Source of the DNA: Anaerolineae bacterium
Lineage (GTDB): Bacteria; Chloroflexota; Anaerolineae; UBA1429
Assembly: GCA_040768605.1 (NCBI GenBank)
Contig: JAXGMP010000004.1
Coordinates: 176,141-240,140 of the forward strand
Reading direction: 5' to 3'
Length of the DNA: 64,000 bases
The position numbers were made by a program, and so were the translations under genes. The first letter of the stretch is position 1; every line of letters starts with the position of its first letter. The notes under the pieces are model-generated. The model was given only the letters and a program-made list of their open reading frames with translations. It was not told where the DNA came from and made no database searches. Of this stretch, positions 35,092 to 44,800 are shown piece by piece.

Positions 35092-35913
35092 TTACCAGCG
35101 AATGTCGGATTGCACGGGGGACTCGTGGGCGTCCTGCCGGTCGGCCAGGGGCCAGGCGCGCCACTCGTCCACCACGCCGAGGAGGCCGGTCACGGCCGCC
35201 TCATAGATGACCGCCCCCTTGGCGGCGGTGGCCACGGTCGGGTCGCCGTGCACGCCGTCGCGCGTCCAGCGGCCCCAGTAATCGCTAAAGCGCACCGGAT
35301 AGTTCGAGGTAGAGTCGGAACTGACGTACTGGCCGGCCACGTCGCTCCCAGGGACGGCCCGCTCCAGGCGCACCCGCTCGGGGGCCAGGTGCAGGTAGAG
35401 GGAGGTCTCCAGCTCGTCCGAGTGGGCGATGGTGGCGCTTTCCTGCACGGCGCCAAAGGCGTCCATCACCAGGGACATGTATCCGACGGCGGCGCAGAGC
35501 GAGTGGGTGGCCAGCGTCGTCTTGCGCGCCACCAGGTCAGCCAGGGGCATGTTGGAGCCGTGCCCGTTGACCAACAAGATCTTTTGAAAGCCGTGGTAGG
35601 CGACGCTCTTGGTGATGTTCAGGCAGAAGGCGATAAAGGTCTCCGGCTCGATGTGGACGGTGCCGGGAAAGTCTATGTGGTGCAGGTTCAGGCCGTAAGA
35701 GATCGTCGGAAGGATCAGCGCGCGCCCCTCGGCGCGCCGGCCGACCTCGTTGCAGATCGACTCGGTGAGGAAGGCGTCGGTGTCGAGGGGCAGGTGCCGG
35801 CCGTGCTGCTCGGTAGAGCCGGTGGGCAGGATGACCACCGGCTGCCGGGCAATGGCCGCGTTCATCTCGGGCCAGGTGAGGCGGTTGTAACGGTACTCGC
35901 TCCCGGCGGCCAT
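35092..35913 (-). CDS. creatininase-family amidohydrolase
   Basis: LPTGSTEQHGRHLPLDTD...LVNGHGSN are hallmark creatininase-family motifs. Confidence 0.75.
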   Translation of the reverse strand: MAAGSEYRYNRLTWPEMNAAIARQPVVILPTGSTEQHGRHLPLDTDAFLTESICNEVGRRAEGRALILPTISYGLNLHHIDFPGTVHIEPETFIAFCLNITKSVAYHGFQKILLVNGHGSNMPLADLVARKTTLATHSLCAAVGYMSLVMDAFGAVQESATIAHSDELETSLYLHLAPERVRLERAVPGSDVAGQYVSSDSTSNYPVRFSDYWGRWTRDGVHGDPTVATAAKGAVIYEAAVTGLLGVVDEWRAWPLADRQDAHESPVQSDIRW

Positions 35914-35936
35914 GGCGCCCCCTTTTCCGCCCTGGT

Positions 35937-36377
35937 TCAGGCGGTGCTGAGGAGGAATCGTACCCAGGGGAGGCCGGCCGCCCCGGCCAGGTTGGCCAGG
36001 CGGCGGTCGGCGGTATAGAACTCGGCCCCCAGCCTTTCGGCGAGGGCCAGGTACTGGGCGTCGTAGGCGGCCCTTTGGCCCAGCCTGGCCGCCCAGCGGA
36101 GCGCCCGACGGTGAAGGTCCATGTCAGGCGCGACGCGTTCAATGCGGAGCCGCCAGCAGTCGTTCAGAGCGCCCTCGGCCTCCGCCGTGGCCATGATTCC
36201 GGCGGCACAGGCTTTGCGGAGCGCCGAGGTCACCTCGTACTCCCACAGGAGTGGCGCGTAGAGGGGCGTGAGACTGCGCTGCCAGCGCTCCATCAGCGCT
36301 GCCGCCATGCCGGAATACGGCGTAATGAACGTCAGCGCGAGGGCGACATTGGCGTCAGGAACTACTGGCCTCGCCAT
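35937..36377 (-). CDS. vapC: PIN-domain toxin VapC
   Basis: Acidic PIN residues lie in VPDANV, LWEYEV, AYDAQY and TADRRL. The gene overlaps the upstream antitoxin gene. Confidence 0.8.
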   Translation of the reverse strand: MARPVVPDANVALALTFITPYSGMAAALMERWQRSLTPLYAPLLWEYEVTSALRKACAAGIMATAEAEGALNDCWRLRIERVAPDMDLHRRALRWAARLGQRAAYDAQYLALAERLGAEFYTADRRLANLAGAAGLPWVRFLLSTA

Positions 36378-36676
36378 ACACGCTCCATGTCCTCCTCGCG
36401 CTCCGCGCGAACCTCGGCGACCAGGTCACCATAGTAGACGCCGTAGCGGGCCCGGATCTCCTCACGCAGCCGAGTGAGCCTTTCCAGCGCCTCGAGCGCT
36501 TTCTGGCGGGCCTCGTCGCTGCGGCCTTCCAGCGTGTCGAGCCCCGCGTCGAGCGCCCGGCGGGCCACGTCCGACAGGGTGCGCCCCTCGGACGCCGCCA
36601 GGCGCTCCAGCCGCTGGCGCTGGTCGGGCCGCAACAGGAGCTGCGCGCGGACCATCGGTTCACTGTTCTGGGCCAT
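36362..36676 (-). CDS. vapB: ribbon-helix-helix antitoxin VapB
   Basis: MAQNSEPMVRAQLLLRPDQRQRLERLAASEGRTLSDVARRALDAGL. GGAGGT lies before the ATG at 36676. Confidence 0.7.
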   Translation of the reverse strand: MAQNSEPMVRAQLLLRPDQRQRLERLAASEGRTLSDVARRALDAGLDTLEGRSDEARQKALEALERLTRLREEIRARYGVYYGDLVAEVRAEREEDMERVWRGQ

Positions 36677-36694
36677 GGAACACCTCCTGCTTCC

Positions 36695-36722
36695 AGTATA
36701 CACAGGGGTGTGTATGTGTCAA
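36695..36722 (-). promoter_or_regulatory. near-consensus vapBC promoter with an overlapping dyad operator
   Basis: Minus strand reads TTGACA (36722-36717), a 16-nt spacer and TATACT (36700-36695). The dyad TATACACA-GGGG-TGTGTAT (36697-36715) spans the spacer. Confidence 0.6.
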
Positions 36723-36746
36723 CAGATCCGGGCCCCGTCGTGCCGC

Positions 36747-37538
36747 TCAGAGCGCCTGGGCCGCCTCGAGGAAGGCGACCAGCCCCACCTCGGGCGCGGG
36801 GTCGGGCAGCTCGTACTCCAGGGCCAGGTCGCCGGAGTAGCCGATGCGATCCAGCGCCTCACACACCCAGCGGTAGTCGATCTGCCCCGCGCCGAGCATG
36901 GTCCGGGCGAAACCGCGCTCCATGCTCACGGCGCCATCCTTGACGTGCACGTGCACAATGTGCTCGCGGAACTCCCACAGCGCCACGCGATAGTCGACCC
37001 CGGCGCCCATCACGTTGCAGGGGTCGTACAGGACGCCGAAATACGGCGAGCCGACCGCCTCACACAGGCTCCGCGCCCCGGCGATCGAGCCGGAGATGCC
37101 GCCGCCGTGGGTCTCAAACCCCATGTAGACGCCCTGGTCGGCGGCGTAGAGGGCGGCGCGGGCGAACCAGGGGGCCAGCTGGGCGATCCGCGCAGGGTTA
37201 TCGTCCCCGGGGGCCACGCGGATGGAGCGGGCGCCCAGGATCACCGCCACGTCGATGGCCCGGCGCGTGAGGGCCAGCTCCGCCTCCAGCGCGGCGACGT
37301 CGTCCGTGGCAAAGCCGCGCCCGGCATAGGTGCCCAGGTTGGCGACCTCCAGCCCCAGCCCCGCGGCGGCCGCCCGGATGGCGGCGGGGTCGCACTCGGC
37401 GGGGTCGAGCGCCAGGTGTGGCGCGCGGCCCAGCAGGTCCACCTTGCGGTAACCGGCCCGGGCGATGACCCGCAGCGCCTCTGGCCAGGGGCGTTCGCGC
37501 AGGGGAAAGGTACAGGCGGAAAGGCGGGCGATGTCCAT
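36747..37538 (-). CDS. sugar phosphate isomerase/epimerase (xylose-isomerase-like TIM barrel)
   Basis: About 263 aa with the typical AP-endonuclease-2/TIM-barrel pattern (GYRKVDLLG...GFETHGG...HVHVKD). Confidence 0.7.
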   Translation of the reverse strand: MDIARLSACTFPLRERPWPEALRVIARAGYRKVDLLGRAPHLALDPAECDPAAIRAAAAGLGLEVANLGTYAGRGFATDDVAALEAELALTRRAIDVAVILGARSIRVAPGDDNPARIAQLAPWFARAALYAADQGVYMGFETHGGGISGSIAGARSLCEAVGSPYFGVLYDPCNVMGAGVDYRVALWEFREHIVHVHVKDGAVSMERGFARTMLGAGQIDYRWVCEALDRIGYSGDLALEYELPDPAPEVGLVAFLEAAQAL

Positions 37539-37541
37539 CGT

Positions 37542-38573
37542 TCAGGTCCTCCTCACGGGTTCGGGCGGGCCGGCCGGCTCCTCCATCACCAGGAGCACCT
37601 TGCCGGTGCGGGCGGCGGCGAACTCGGCAAAAGCCTCGCCCCCCGCCGCGAGCGGGAAGCGATGGGTGATCAGGCTCTCCACCGGCAGTCCCTGCCGGTA
37701 CAGCGCCACCATGCGCGGGTACTCGCGCGCCTGGTAGAACCAGGAGCCCAGGGCGGTGATGTCCCGCCGGATAAAGTCGTCGCTGGGCGAGAGGGGCAGC
37801 GGCCCCTGCTCACCGTTCATGGCCACGGTGCCGCCCGTGCGCACGGCGGCAAAGCACTGTGTGAGCGTCTCGGGGCGGCCGGCCGCCTCGAGGCAGACGT
37901 CGGGGCCGCCTCCGTCGGTGAGGGCGCGCAGGCTCTCGACCGGGTCGGCCTGGCGCGGATCGATGGCGGCCTCGGCCCCCAGCCTGAGCGCCAACGCCCG
38001 CCGCTCGGCCGAGACCTCCACCACCAGCACCCGCCGCCCGAGGAAGGCCTGCATGATGACGTTCCCGAGGCCGATGGGCCCGGCGCCAAAGATGGCCACC
38101 GTGCGGATGGCCGGGTCGGCCAGGCGCGTCGAGGTGTGGTAGGGGACGCCCATGCCGTCCCCGGTGAGGAGCACGCCCGCCCCCCAGGGGACGTCGCGCG
38201 GCAGGACGTGGCAGGCCTGCGGGACGGTCAGGATCATCTCGGCGTGCATCGACCCGTAGGAGAGGCGCTGCTGGCACCAGGTCTGCCGGCCCGCCCGGCA
38301 GTGCGCGCAGACGCCGCAGCCGACCACGCCGCTCAGCCCCACCCGCTCACCGACCGCGGGAGAGGCCACCCCCGCGCCGACGGCCACCACCGTGCCGGCC
38401 GCCTCATGGCCAGAGTTGCGCCCCGGGCTGCCGCGGCCGCGGTAGGAGTGCAGCTCGCTCCCGCACAGCGCCGAGGCCGCCGTGCGTACGACCAGTTCGC
38501 CCGGGTCGGGGCGCGGGTCGGGCACCTCGATCACGCGGACCGCTCCCTGCCCCTCCATCGACAGTGTGCGCAT
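37542..38573 (-). CDS. zinc-dependent alcohol dehydrogenase (MDR family)
   Basis: GHEAAGTVVAVG, a Cys cluster CGVCAHCRAGRQTWC, and Rossmann motif IFGAGPIG. Confidence 0.8.
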   Translation of the reverse strand: MRTLSMEGQGAVRVIEVPDPRPDPGELVVRTAASALCGSELHSYRGRGSPGRNSGHEAAGTVVAVGAGVASPAVGERVGLSGVVGCGVCAHCRAGRQTWCQQRLSYGSMHAEMILTVPQACHVLPRDVPWGAGVLLTGDGMGVPYHTSTRLADPAIRTVAIFGAGPIGLGNVIMQAFLGRRVLVVEVSAERRALALRLGAEAAIDPRQADPVESLRALTDGGGPDVCLEAAGRPETLTQCFAAVRTGGTVAMNGEQGPLPLSPSDDFIRRDITALGSWFYQAREYPRMVALYRQGLPVESLITHRFPLAAGGEAFAEFAAARTGKVLLVMEEPAGPPEPVRRT

Positions 38574-38645
38574 AGTGCCTCCCTCCCTGCACGTGAAGCC
38601 GCGCCTGGCGCGGCCGGTCCGCAGCCCTCGCGGTGCGCCGGCCCC

Positions 38646-39854
38646 TTAGGCGACGCCCAGATAGCCGACGATGGTGGCCAGGTAGACGCGCGTGGCGCGG
38701 ACGATGCCGGCCAGGTCGACCCATTCGAGGTCGGCGTGGGCCGTGGTAGAGCCGGTGCCGTGGGCCACGGCCGGGATGCCCGCCTCCCGGACGATGACGT
38801 TCACGTCGCACACCGAAAGGGCCCCGCCCAGGGGCAGATCCCGCCCGGCCACGTGGCGGAAGGCCCCCCGCAGGGCGGCCACCAGCGGCTCCTCGGGCGA
38901 GACCTCGTACCCCAGGCCGTTGGAGAGAAGGCGCAGCGACGCCTCCAGCCCCTCCGGCCGGGAGACGTCGCCCAGCAGGCGGGCGAACTCGGCCTCGACG
39001 CTGGCCCAGGTCCTGTTCGGCCAGCAGCGAAAGGTGCCGTTCAGGGCGGCGCGCACCGGCACCCGGTTGTAAAAGTCGCCCCCGTGTAGCTGGCCGAGAA
39101 AGAACGTCTCCGGCCCGAGGAGGGGATCGTCGTCGGCGGCTAGCTCCTCGCCGCGGGCCAGCAGCCGCGCCGCCACCCGCGCCACGTACTCCAGCGGGTT
39201 GGGTACCCCCTGCGGGCGGGCCACGTTCTCATGGAGGACCTCGCCGGGGCGGGTGGCCTCGAGCTCAAAAAGGGCCTGCCCCTTGCCGCGGATGGCCAGG
39301 CGGTCGCTCTCGCATTCGGCCACCAGGGCGGCGCCGGTAAAGACGTCCCCGCGGGCGATGAGCGCCTTGAGCCCCTCCATGTGCCCGACGGGCGCCTCGT
39401 GGAGGGAGTGGGTGGCCAGGGTCAGCGCGCCCCCCAGCCGTACGCCCCCCTCGATGAGGACGCGCGCCGCCTCCACCATGGCGGCGATGCCGGACTTCAT
39501 GTCCCCAGCGCCCCGGCCGACGATGCGGTCCCCCTCGAGGCGCGGGGGCGGGTGGGGGGCGTGGATGGTGTCCAGATGGCCGTCGAGGGTCAGCGCGCGG
39601 CCCCCTCCGGCGCCCGGCAGGCGCGCCACCGTCGAGGGGCCGCCCGGAAAGTCGTGCAGCACGGCGACCTCCAGCCCCAGGCCGCGGACCGCCTCGGCAT
39701 AGCGCGCGGTGACGGCCTCCGCGTCTCCGGTGGGGCTGGGGATGCGCACCAGGTCGAGCGTCAGCTCACGCAGGCGCCCGGGGCTGACGCGCGCCATCAG
39801 GTCGGCCAGGAGCGGGTCGGTGCCACCGGGCAGGGCGTCTGTGGCGTGGCCCAT
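38646..39854 (-). CDS. M20-family metallopeptidase/deacylase (ArgE/DapE-like)
   Basis: LTLDGHLDTIH...GRGAGDMKSGIAAM. ATG at 39854 lies 3 nt after the upstream stop. Confidence 0.75.
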   Translation of the reverse strand: MGHATDALPGGTDPLLADLMARVSPGRLRELTLDLVRIPSPTGDAEAVTARYAEAVRGLGLEVAVLHDFPGGPSTVARLPGAGGGRALTLDGHLDTIHAPHPPPRLEGDRIVGRGAGDMKSGIAAMVEAARVLIEGGVRLGGALTLATHSLHEAPVGHMEGLKALIARGDVFTGAALVAECESDRLAIRGKGQALFELEATRPGEVLHENVARPQGVPNPLEYVARVAARLLARGEELAADDDPLLGPETFFLGQLHGGDFYNRVPVRAALNGTFRCWPNRTWASVEAEFARLLGDVSRPEGLEASLRLLSNGLGYEVSPEEPLVAALRGAFRHVAGRDLPLGGALSVCDVNVIVREAGIPAVAHGTGSTTAHADLEWVDLAGIVRATRVYLATIVGYLGVA

Positions 39855-39856
39855 GG

Positions 39857-41212
39857 CTAGACCGTCTCCAGCGCGCGGCCGACGGCCCGCTCGAGCACGT
39901 CGCACATGGCGTCGAGCTCGTCGGGCGTCGTCACCAATGGCGGCGCCAGGGCCAGCCAGTGCGGGTCGTGCCGGAGGATCAGGCCGCCCCGCAGCGCCTC
40001 GGCGCCGATGCGGTGGCCCAGGGCGACCTCGGCGGGGAAGGGTTCTTTGGTGGCCGGGTCGCGCACCAGTTCCACGCCCCACAGCAGCCCCTTGCCGCGC
40101 ACCTCCCCGGCGACGCCAAAGCGCGTGCCCATGGCCCGCAGCCGCGCCTCGAGCCGGGCGCCGAGGGTTTGCGCGGCGGAGAGCAGGTCGCGCTCCAGGA
40201 TCTCGTCCAGGCAGGCCAGGCCGGCGGTGGCCGCGACCGGATGGCCGGAGAAGGTGTGCGCGTCGCCGAACTCGACGCCGGCTTCGGCGGGGCCCTCAAA
40301 GGCGGCCTGGATCCGGTCGGACCAGATCGTGGCCGCCAGGGCCGCGTAGCCGCTGGAGAGCCCCTTGCCCAGGCAGAGGACGTCAGGCGTCACGCTGAAG
40401 GTCTCGGCAGCAAAGAGGCGGCCGGTGCGCCCCATGCCGGTGATCATCTCATCAAAGATGAGCAGGACGCCGAACGCGTCGCAGATCTCGCGCAGGCGGG
40501 GCAGGTACTCGGGCGGGGGCACCAGGATGCCGCCGGTGTTGCCGATCGGCTCGACGATGACGGCGGCCACCGTCTCCGGCCCCTCGAGGGCGATCACCTG
40601 GCGCAGGTACTCGGCGCAGAACACGTCGCAGCCGGGGTACGCGCGGCCAAAGGGGCAGCGGTAGCAGTGCACCGTGGGGATGTGCAGGTAGCCGGCGGGC
40701 AGCGGCTCAAAGGGCACCCGCCGCCGGGGCGTGCCCGAGGCGGCCATGGCCCCCAGCGTGGCGCCGTGGTAGGCATAGTAGCGGGAGATGACCTTGTAGC
40801 GGGTCGGCGCGCCGGCCTGCTTCCAGTACTGCCGGCAGAGCTTGACGGCGGTCTCGGTGGCCTCCGAGCCGGAGGTCAGCAGCTTGACATAGTTCAGATC
40901 GCCGGGGGCCAGCGCCGCCAGGCGGGCCGAGAGGCGCACGGCCTGGGCGTTGGTGCCGTGGAGCGGCGGGGCGAAGGAGAGCCGCTCGAGCTGGGCCGTC
41001 ATGGCGTCGACGACGCGGCGGTTGCGGTGCCCGACGGCGGCGACGAACACGCCGGAGAGGCCGTCCCAGTAGTGGCGGCCGTCGACGTCCCATAGGTGCA
41101 CGCCCTCGGCGCGGTCAAAGATGAGCGGGCTGCGCAGGAAGGCGGACATCTGCTGCAGGTCGGCGACGGTGTGGCGGAGGAGGTCGGGGTTGCGGAGGTC
41201 GCTGGGATCCAT
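39857..41212 (-). CDS. class-III (omega) aminotransferase
   Basis: DVDGRHYWDGLSGVFVAAVGH...LTSGSEATETAVKL...YHGATLGA...DEMITGMGRTG. ATG at 41212 (MDPSDL). Confidence 0.85.
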   Translation of the reverse strand: MDPSDLRNPDLLRHTVADLQQMSAFLRSPLIFDRAEGVHLWDVDGRHYWDGLSGVFVAAVGHRNRRVVDAMTAQLERLSFAPPLHGTNAQAVRLSARLAALAPGDLNYVKLLTSGSEATETAVKLCRQYWKQAGAPTRYKVISRYYAYHGATLGAMAASGTPRRRVPFEPLPAGYLHIPTVHCYRCPFGRAYPGCDVFCAEYLRQVIALEGPETVAAVIVEPIGNTGGILVPPPEYLPRLREICDAFGVLLIFDEMITGMGRTGRLFAAETFSVTPDVLCLGKGLSSGYAALAATIWSDRIQAAFEGPAEAGVEFGDAHTFSGHPVAATAGLACLDEILERDLLSAAQTLGARLEARLRAMGTRFGVAGEVRGKGLLWGVELVRDPATKEPFPAEVALGHRIGAEALRGGLILRHDPHWLALAPPLVTTPDELDAMCDVLERAVGRALETV

Positions 41213-41251
41213 GGCAAGGTCCCCCCTAGGTGGTGACGGCGGCGTGGGGGG

Positions 41252-41281
41252 ATGGTAGGCGGGGGAAGGGGGACGTGTCAA
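41252..41281 (-). promoter_or_regulatory. promoter module for the aminotransferase cluster (TTGACA-N18-TACCAT)
   Basis: Minus strand reads CCCCCCTTGACA-CGTCCCCCTTCCCCCGCC-TACCAT, 39 nt before the ATG. Near-identical to the module at 51050-51086. Confidence 0.5.
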
Positions 41282-41306
41282 GGGGGGAAGGCGCACGCGC
41301 TGACGG

Positions 41307-41335
41307 TTGAGACGCGCCTGACGGCAAGGTACAAT
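41307..41335 (+). promoter_or_regulatory. sigma-70-like promoter of the BREX-like operon
   Basis: TTGAGA (41307-41312), a 17-nt spacer and TACAAT (41330-41335), about 108 nt upstream of the ATG at 41443. Confidence 0.55.
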
Positions 41336-41442
41336 GTATCGTGGGGTAGCATTGCCTGCTGCGCACGGTCTGACCGAGGCAAACCCGATCGGGCGGCCCG
41401 TATCCTTGTCCTCTGGCCTCGCCTGCTGGCAGAAAGGCACGA

Positions 41443-41880
41443 ATGGCCTTGATCCTTCCGGACGTGCTCGACCTGCATGCGCTTACGGTTCTCGTCAGCC
41501 CGCACATGCGTGAGCTGCGGCGAGCCGAGGAGGACCTCCGCGCGACGCGAGGCTGGCCCGCCCTGTCGGTGAACCGACTGGTGGCGGGGGCCCTGCTGGG
41601 CCAGCCCCAACACCGCTGGCCCCTCATCGTCGAAGATGCGCTGGCAGGGGCACTGGCTCCTATGCCCGAGGCGCCCGTACTGCTGACGGACATATCACTG
41701 CTGCACGAGCCGCGTCTCGCCCTGGACCCCCTGGCCCTGCTGCGCCGCCTGACCGCGCAGCATACGCTCGTCGTTCTGTGGCCGGGCTCTTGCGACGGAA
41801 TGCGGCTCTGCTACGCCACCCCGCAGCACTCCCACTATCGGGCGTGGGACGCGCAAGGCCTGGGCGTTGTAGCCCTCTGA
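41443..41880 (+). CDS. brxF: BrxF-like small protein lacking a Walker A motif
   Basis: The C-terminal half (VLLTDISLLHEPRLALDPLALLRRLTAQHTLVVLWPGSCDGMRLCYATPQHSHY) matches my recollection of BREX type-3 BrxF. There is no GxxxxGK[ST] anywhere in the 145 aa. It is the first gene of the operon. Confidence 0.5.
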   Translation: MALILPDVLDLHALTVLVSPHMRELRRAEEDLRATRGWPALSVNRLVAGALLGQPQHRWPLIVEDALAGALAPMPEAPVLLTDISLLHEPRLALDPLALLRRLTAQHTLVVLWPGSCDGMRLCYATPQHSHYRAWDAQGLGVVAL

Positions 41881-41898
41881 GGCTCTGGAGGATACACC

Positions 41899-44800
41899 AT
41901 GCTATATCGTGATCTGGTGCAGTTTGACCCGATCGAGTCCGTCATCCGCCTCCGCGAGGCAAGCCAGCGTGAACGCGCCAGAGAGCTGGTGTGCACCTAT
42001 GTGATCTCGGAGCGCATGTCTCAGAGGCTGTGCAACGTCGTCTTGCCGCAGCTGGACCTCGACCGCCCGCGTGACAACAAGGGCGTCCTCATCGTCGGCA
42101 ACTATGGCACCGGCAAATCGCACCTGATGTCGGTCCTGGCGGCCCTTGCCGAGTTCCCGGACCTGGTTGAGCAAGTGAGCGACGCCGATGTTCGGACGGC
42201 CGCGGCGACCATCGCCGGGCGGTTCCGGGTAGCCCGCGTGGAGATCGGTTCCGTCGAGCGGGGCCTGCGTGAGATCGTCCTGGACCAGCTGGAGCAGTCA
42301 CTGGAGGCCTGGGGCGTGCCGTTCCGCTTCCCAGCGGCTGACGAGGTGAGCAACAACAAGGACGCCATTGTCGAGGCGGTGGCCGCCTTCCAGCGCACCC
42401 ACTCTGGGCAAGGGATCCTGGTGGTCGTCGATGAGATGCTCGACTATTTGGTCACCCGTGACGACCGTCAAGTGATCCTCGACCTCGGCTTCCTGCGCGA
42501 GCTGGGCGAGGTGACCTCCGCGACGGCTTTTCGCTTCATCGGCGGCTTGCAGGAAACCCTGTTTGACAGCCCACGCATCGCCTTTGTGGCGGACCGTCTG
42601 CGCCGCGTGCGCGACCGGTTTGAGCAGATCCTTATCGCCCGCGAGGATATCGCCTACGTCGTGGCGCACCGCCTGCTGAAGAAGAACGACGGCCAGATCG
42701 CCTGGGTGCGCGACCATCTGCGTCGCTTTGAACCCCTCTACGACGGCCTGGCGGAGCGCGGGCAAGAGTTCGCCGAGCTCTTCCCCATCCACCCCGCCTA
42801 CATCGATACCTTCCGCGAGGTGTTCGTCGCCGAGAAGCGCCAGGTGCTGGTCACCTTTAGCAAGGCCATCGAGGAGCGCCTCGACGATGAGGTCCCTACG
42901 GACGAGCCGGGAGTCATCTCCTTTGACCACTACTGGCAGGTCCTGCAGGACGATACCGCCCTACGTGGCGTGCGCGAGGTGGCCGAGGTGGAGGACAAGA
43001 GTCGGGTGCTGGCCAGCAAGGTGTGCCAGAACTATGGTGACAAGGGACTGCTCCCGATGGCCCTGCGCATCATCGCTGCGCTCAGCGTCCACCGCCTCAC
43101 CACGCAGGATATCAACGTCCCCGTGGGCCTCACGCCGGAGGGCCTGCGCGACGGGCTGTTCCTGTACCGGCATATGCCCGAGCAGACGGCCCAGTTCCTG
43201 CTCATGCAGGTGCAGGTGGCGCTGAGGGAGATCATGCGCACCGTGCAGGGCCAGTATATCACGCGCAACCCGGCCAACGGCCAGTACTACCTCGACGTCG
43301 CCAAAAGCGTCGACTTCGACGCGCAGATCAGCACGCGCGGGGCCATGCTGCCCACTGACGTGCTGAACCGCCACTACTATGACGCCCTCCGCCAGGCCCT
43401 GAACCTGAGCGACTCGACCTACACGCCCAACTACCGCATCTGGTTCTACGAGCTGCCCTGGGGCGAGCGCCGCGTGACGCGCCCGGGCTACCTCTTCCTG
43501 GGCTTGCCGAACGAGCGCTGTACCGCGCAGCCGCCGCGCGACTTTTACGTCTACTGCCTGCCGCCCTTTGGCGCCACCGAGTGGCTCGACGAGGAAAAGG
43601 ATGACGAGGTCATCCTGGCCCTGCGCGGCACCGACGACGCCTTCGCGGGCCTGGTGCGCAACTTTGCTGCCGCCCGCGACCTGCAGGCCACCTCGGCCCA
43701 GTACCGCAGCGAGTATGCTGGCAAGGCCGAGGGCTACCTCGCCGACCTGGTGAACTGGCTGCGCCAGTACCTGATCACGCACCTGGAGGTCACCTTCGAG
43801 GGGCGGACTCGCCCGGTGTGCGACGTCTTGGCCGAGGCCCGCACGAGCGAGGCCGATAGCATCGCCGCCCTGCTGAACCTGGTCGCCGGCCAACTCCTCG
43901 AGCCCACCTTTGCGGGCGCCTACCCCCACTACCCAGCCTTCCGCCGCGCCCAGGTCACCATCACCGAATCGGCCAGGGACCTCACCGCGACGCAGGCGCT
44001 GCGGGCCATGGTCGGGATGCGCCGCACCGGGCTGGCCGAGGCCGTCCTCGATGGCTTGCGCTTGCTGGGCCCCGACGGCGCCATCCGCCCCTACGATTCG
44101 CCCTACGCCCAGCGCCTGTTGCAGCGCCTGAACGCCAAGCCCGAGGGCCAGGTGGTCAACCGCAGCGAGGTCGTCGAGGTGGTGGCCGGCGGCGTCGACA
44201 ACCCGCTGGAGAAGGAGATCGACTTCCATCTGGAGCCCGAGTGGCTGGCGGTGTTGCTGGCGGCCCTGGTCTACAGCGGCGATATCGAGCTCACCGTCAA
44301 CGGCAAGGACATCAATGCCGGCAACATCGCCGAGCTCGGCAGCATGACGGCCCGGCAGGTGGCCGCCTTCCGCCACTACCGGAGGCCGCCCACCCTGCCC
44401 GTGGGCCGCTGGGCGGACATCTTTGAGGCCCTGGACCTGCCCGCCGGCCTGGTGCGCGATGAGAACACCCGCGAGCAGGCCGTGCGCGATCTGCAGGCCA
44501 AGGTGGGCGCCGGCCTGCGCGACCTCGCGGTCCTCGATCGCCGCGTGACTCAGGGGCCGCGCCTGTGGAACATGCCCCTCTTTACCGATAGCCTGGCCAT
44601 CCAGTCTCAGGATGGGCTGGTGATCGGCAGCGATGCGCCCGCGGTGCGCTTTGGCCAGGCGGACGTTTTGCCGCACCTGCGGGCCTACAGGCGCCTGCTG
44701 GACGGGCTGCAGCCCTACAACACGGTGGGCAAGCTGCGCCACCTGCGCGTACAGCCGCAGGACGTGGCCGACGGCGCCGCGGGGCGGGCCGTGGCCGGCC

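Noticed and set aside
33418-39089. Plus-strand ORFs of 866 aa (33418-36018) and 871 aa (36474-39089)
   Set aside because: Both are antisense to the well-supported minus-strand catabolic genes and have shadow-ORF composition.
39855-41440. Long N-terminal extensions of the M20 peptidase (to 40082) and the aminotransferase (to 41440)
   Set aside because: The extensions are Arg/Pro-rich and overlap the upstream gene or the promoter region. The internal ATGs at 39854 and 41212 match family N-termini and the gene spacing.
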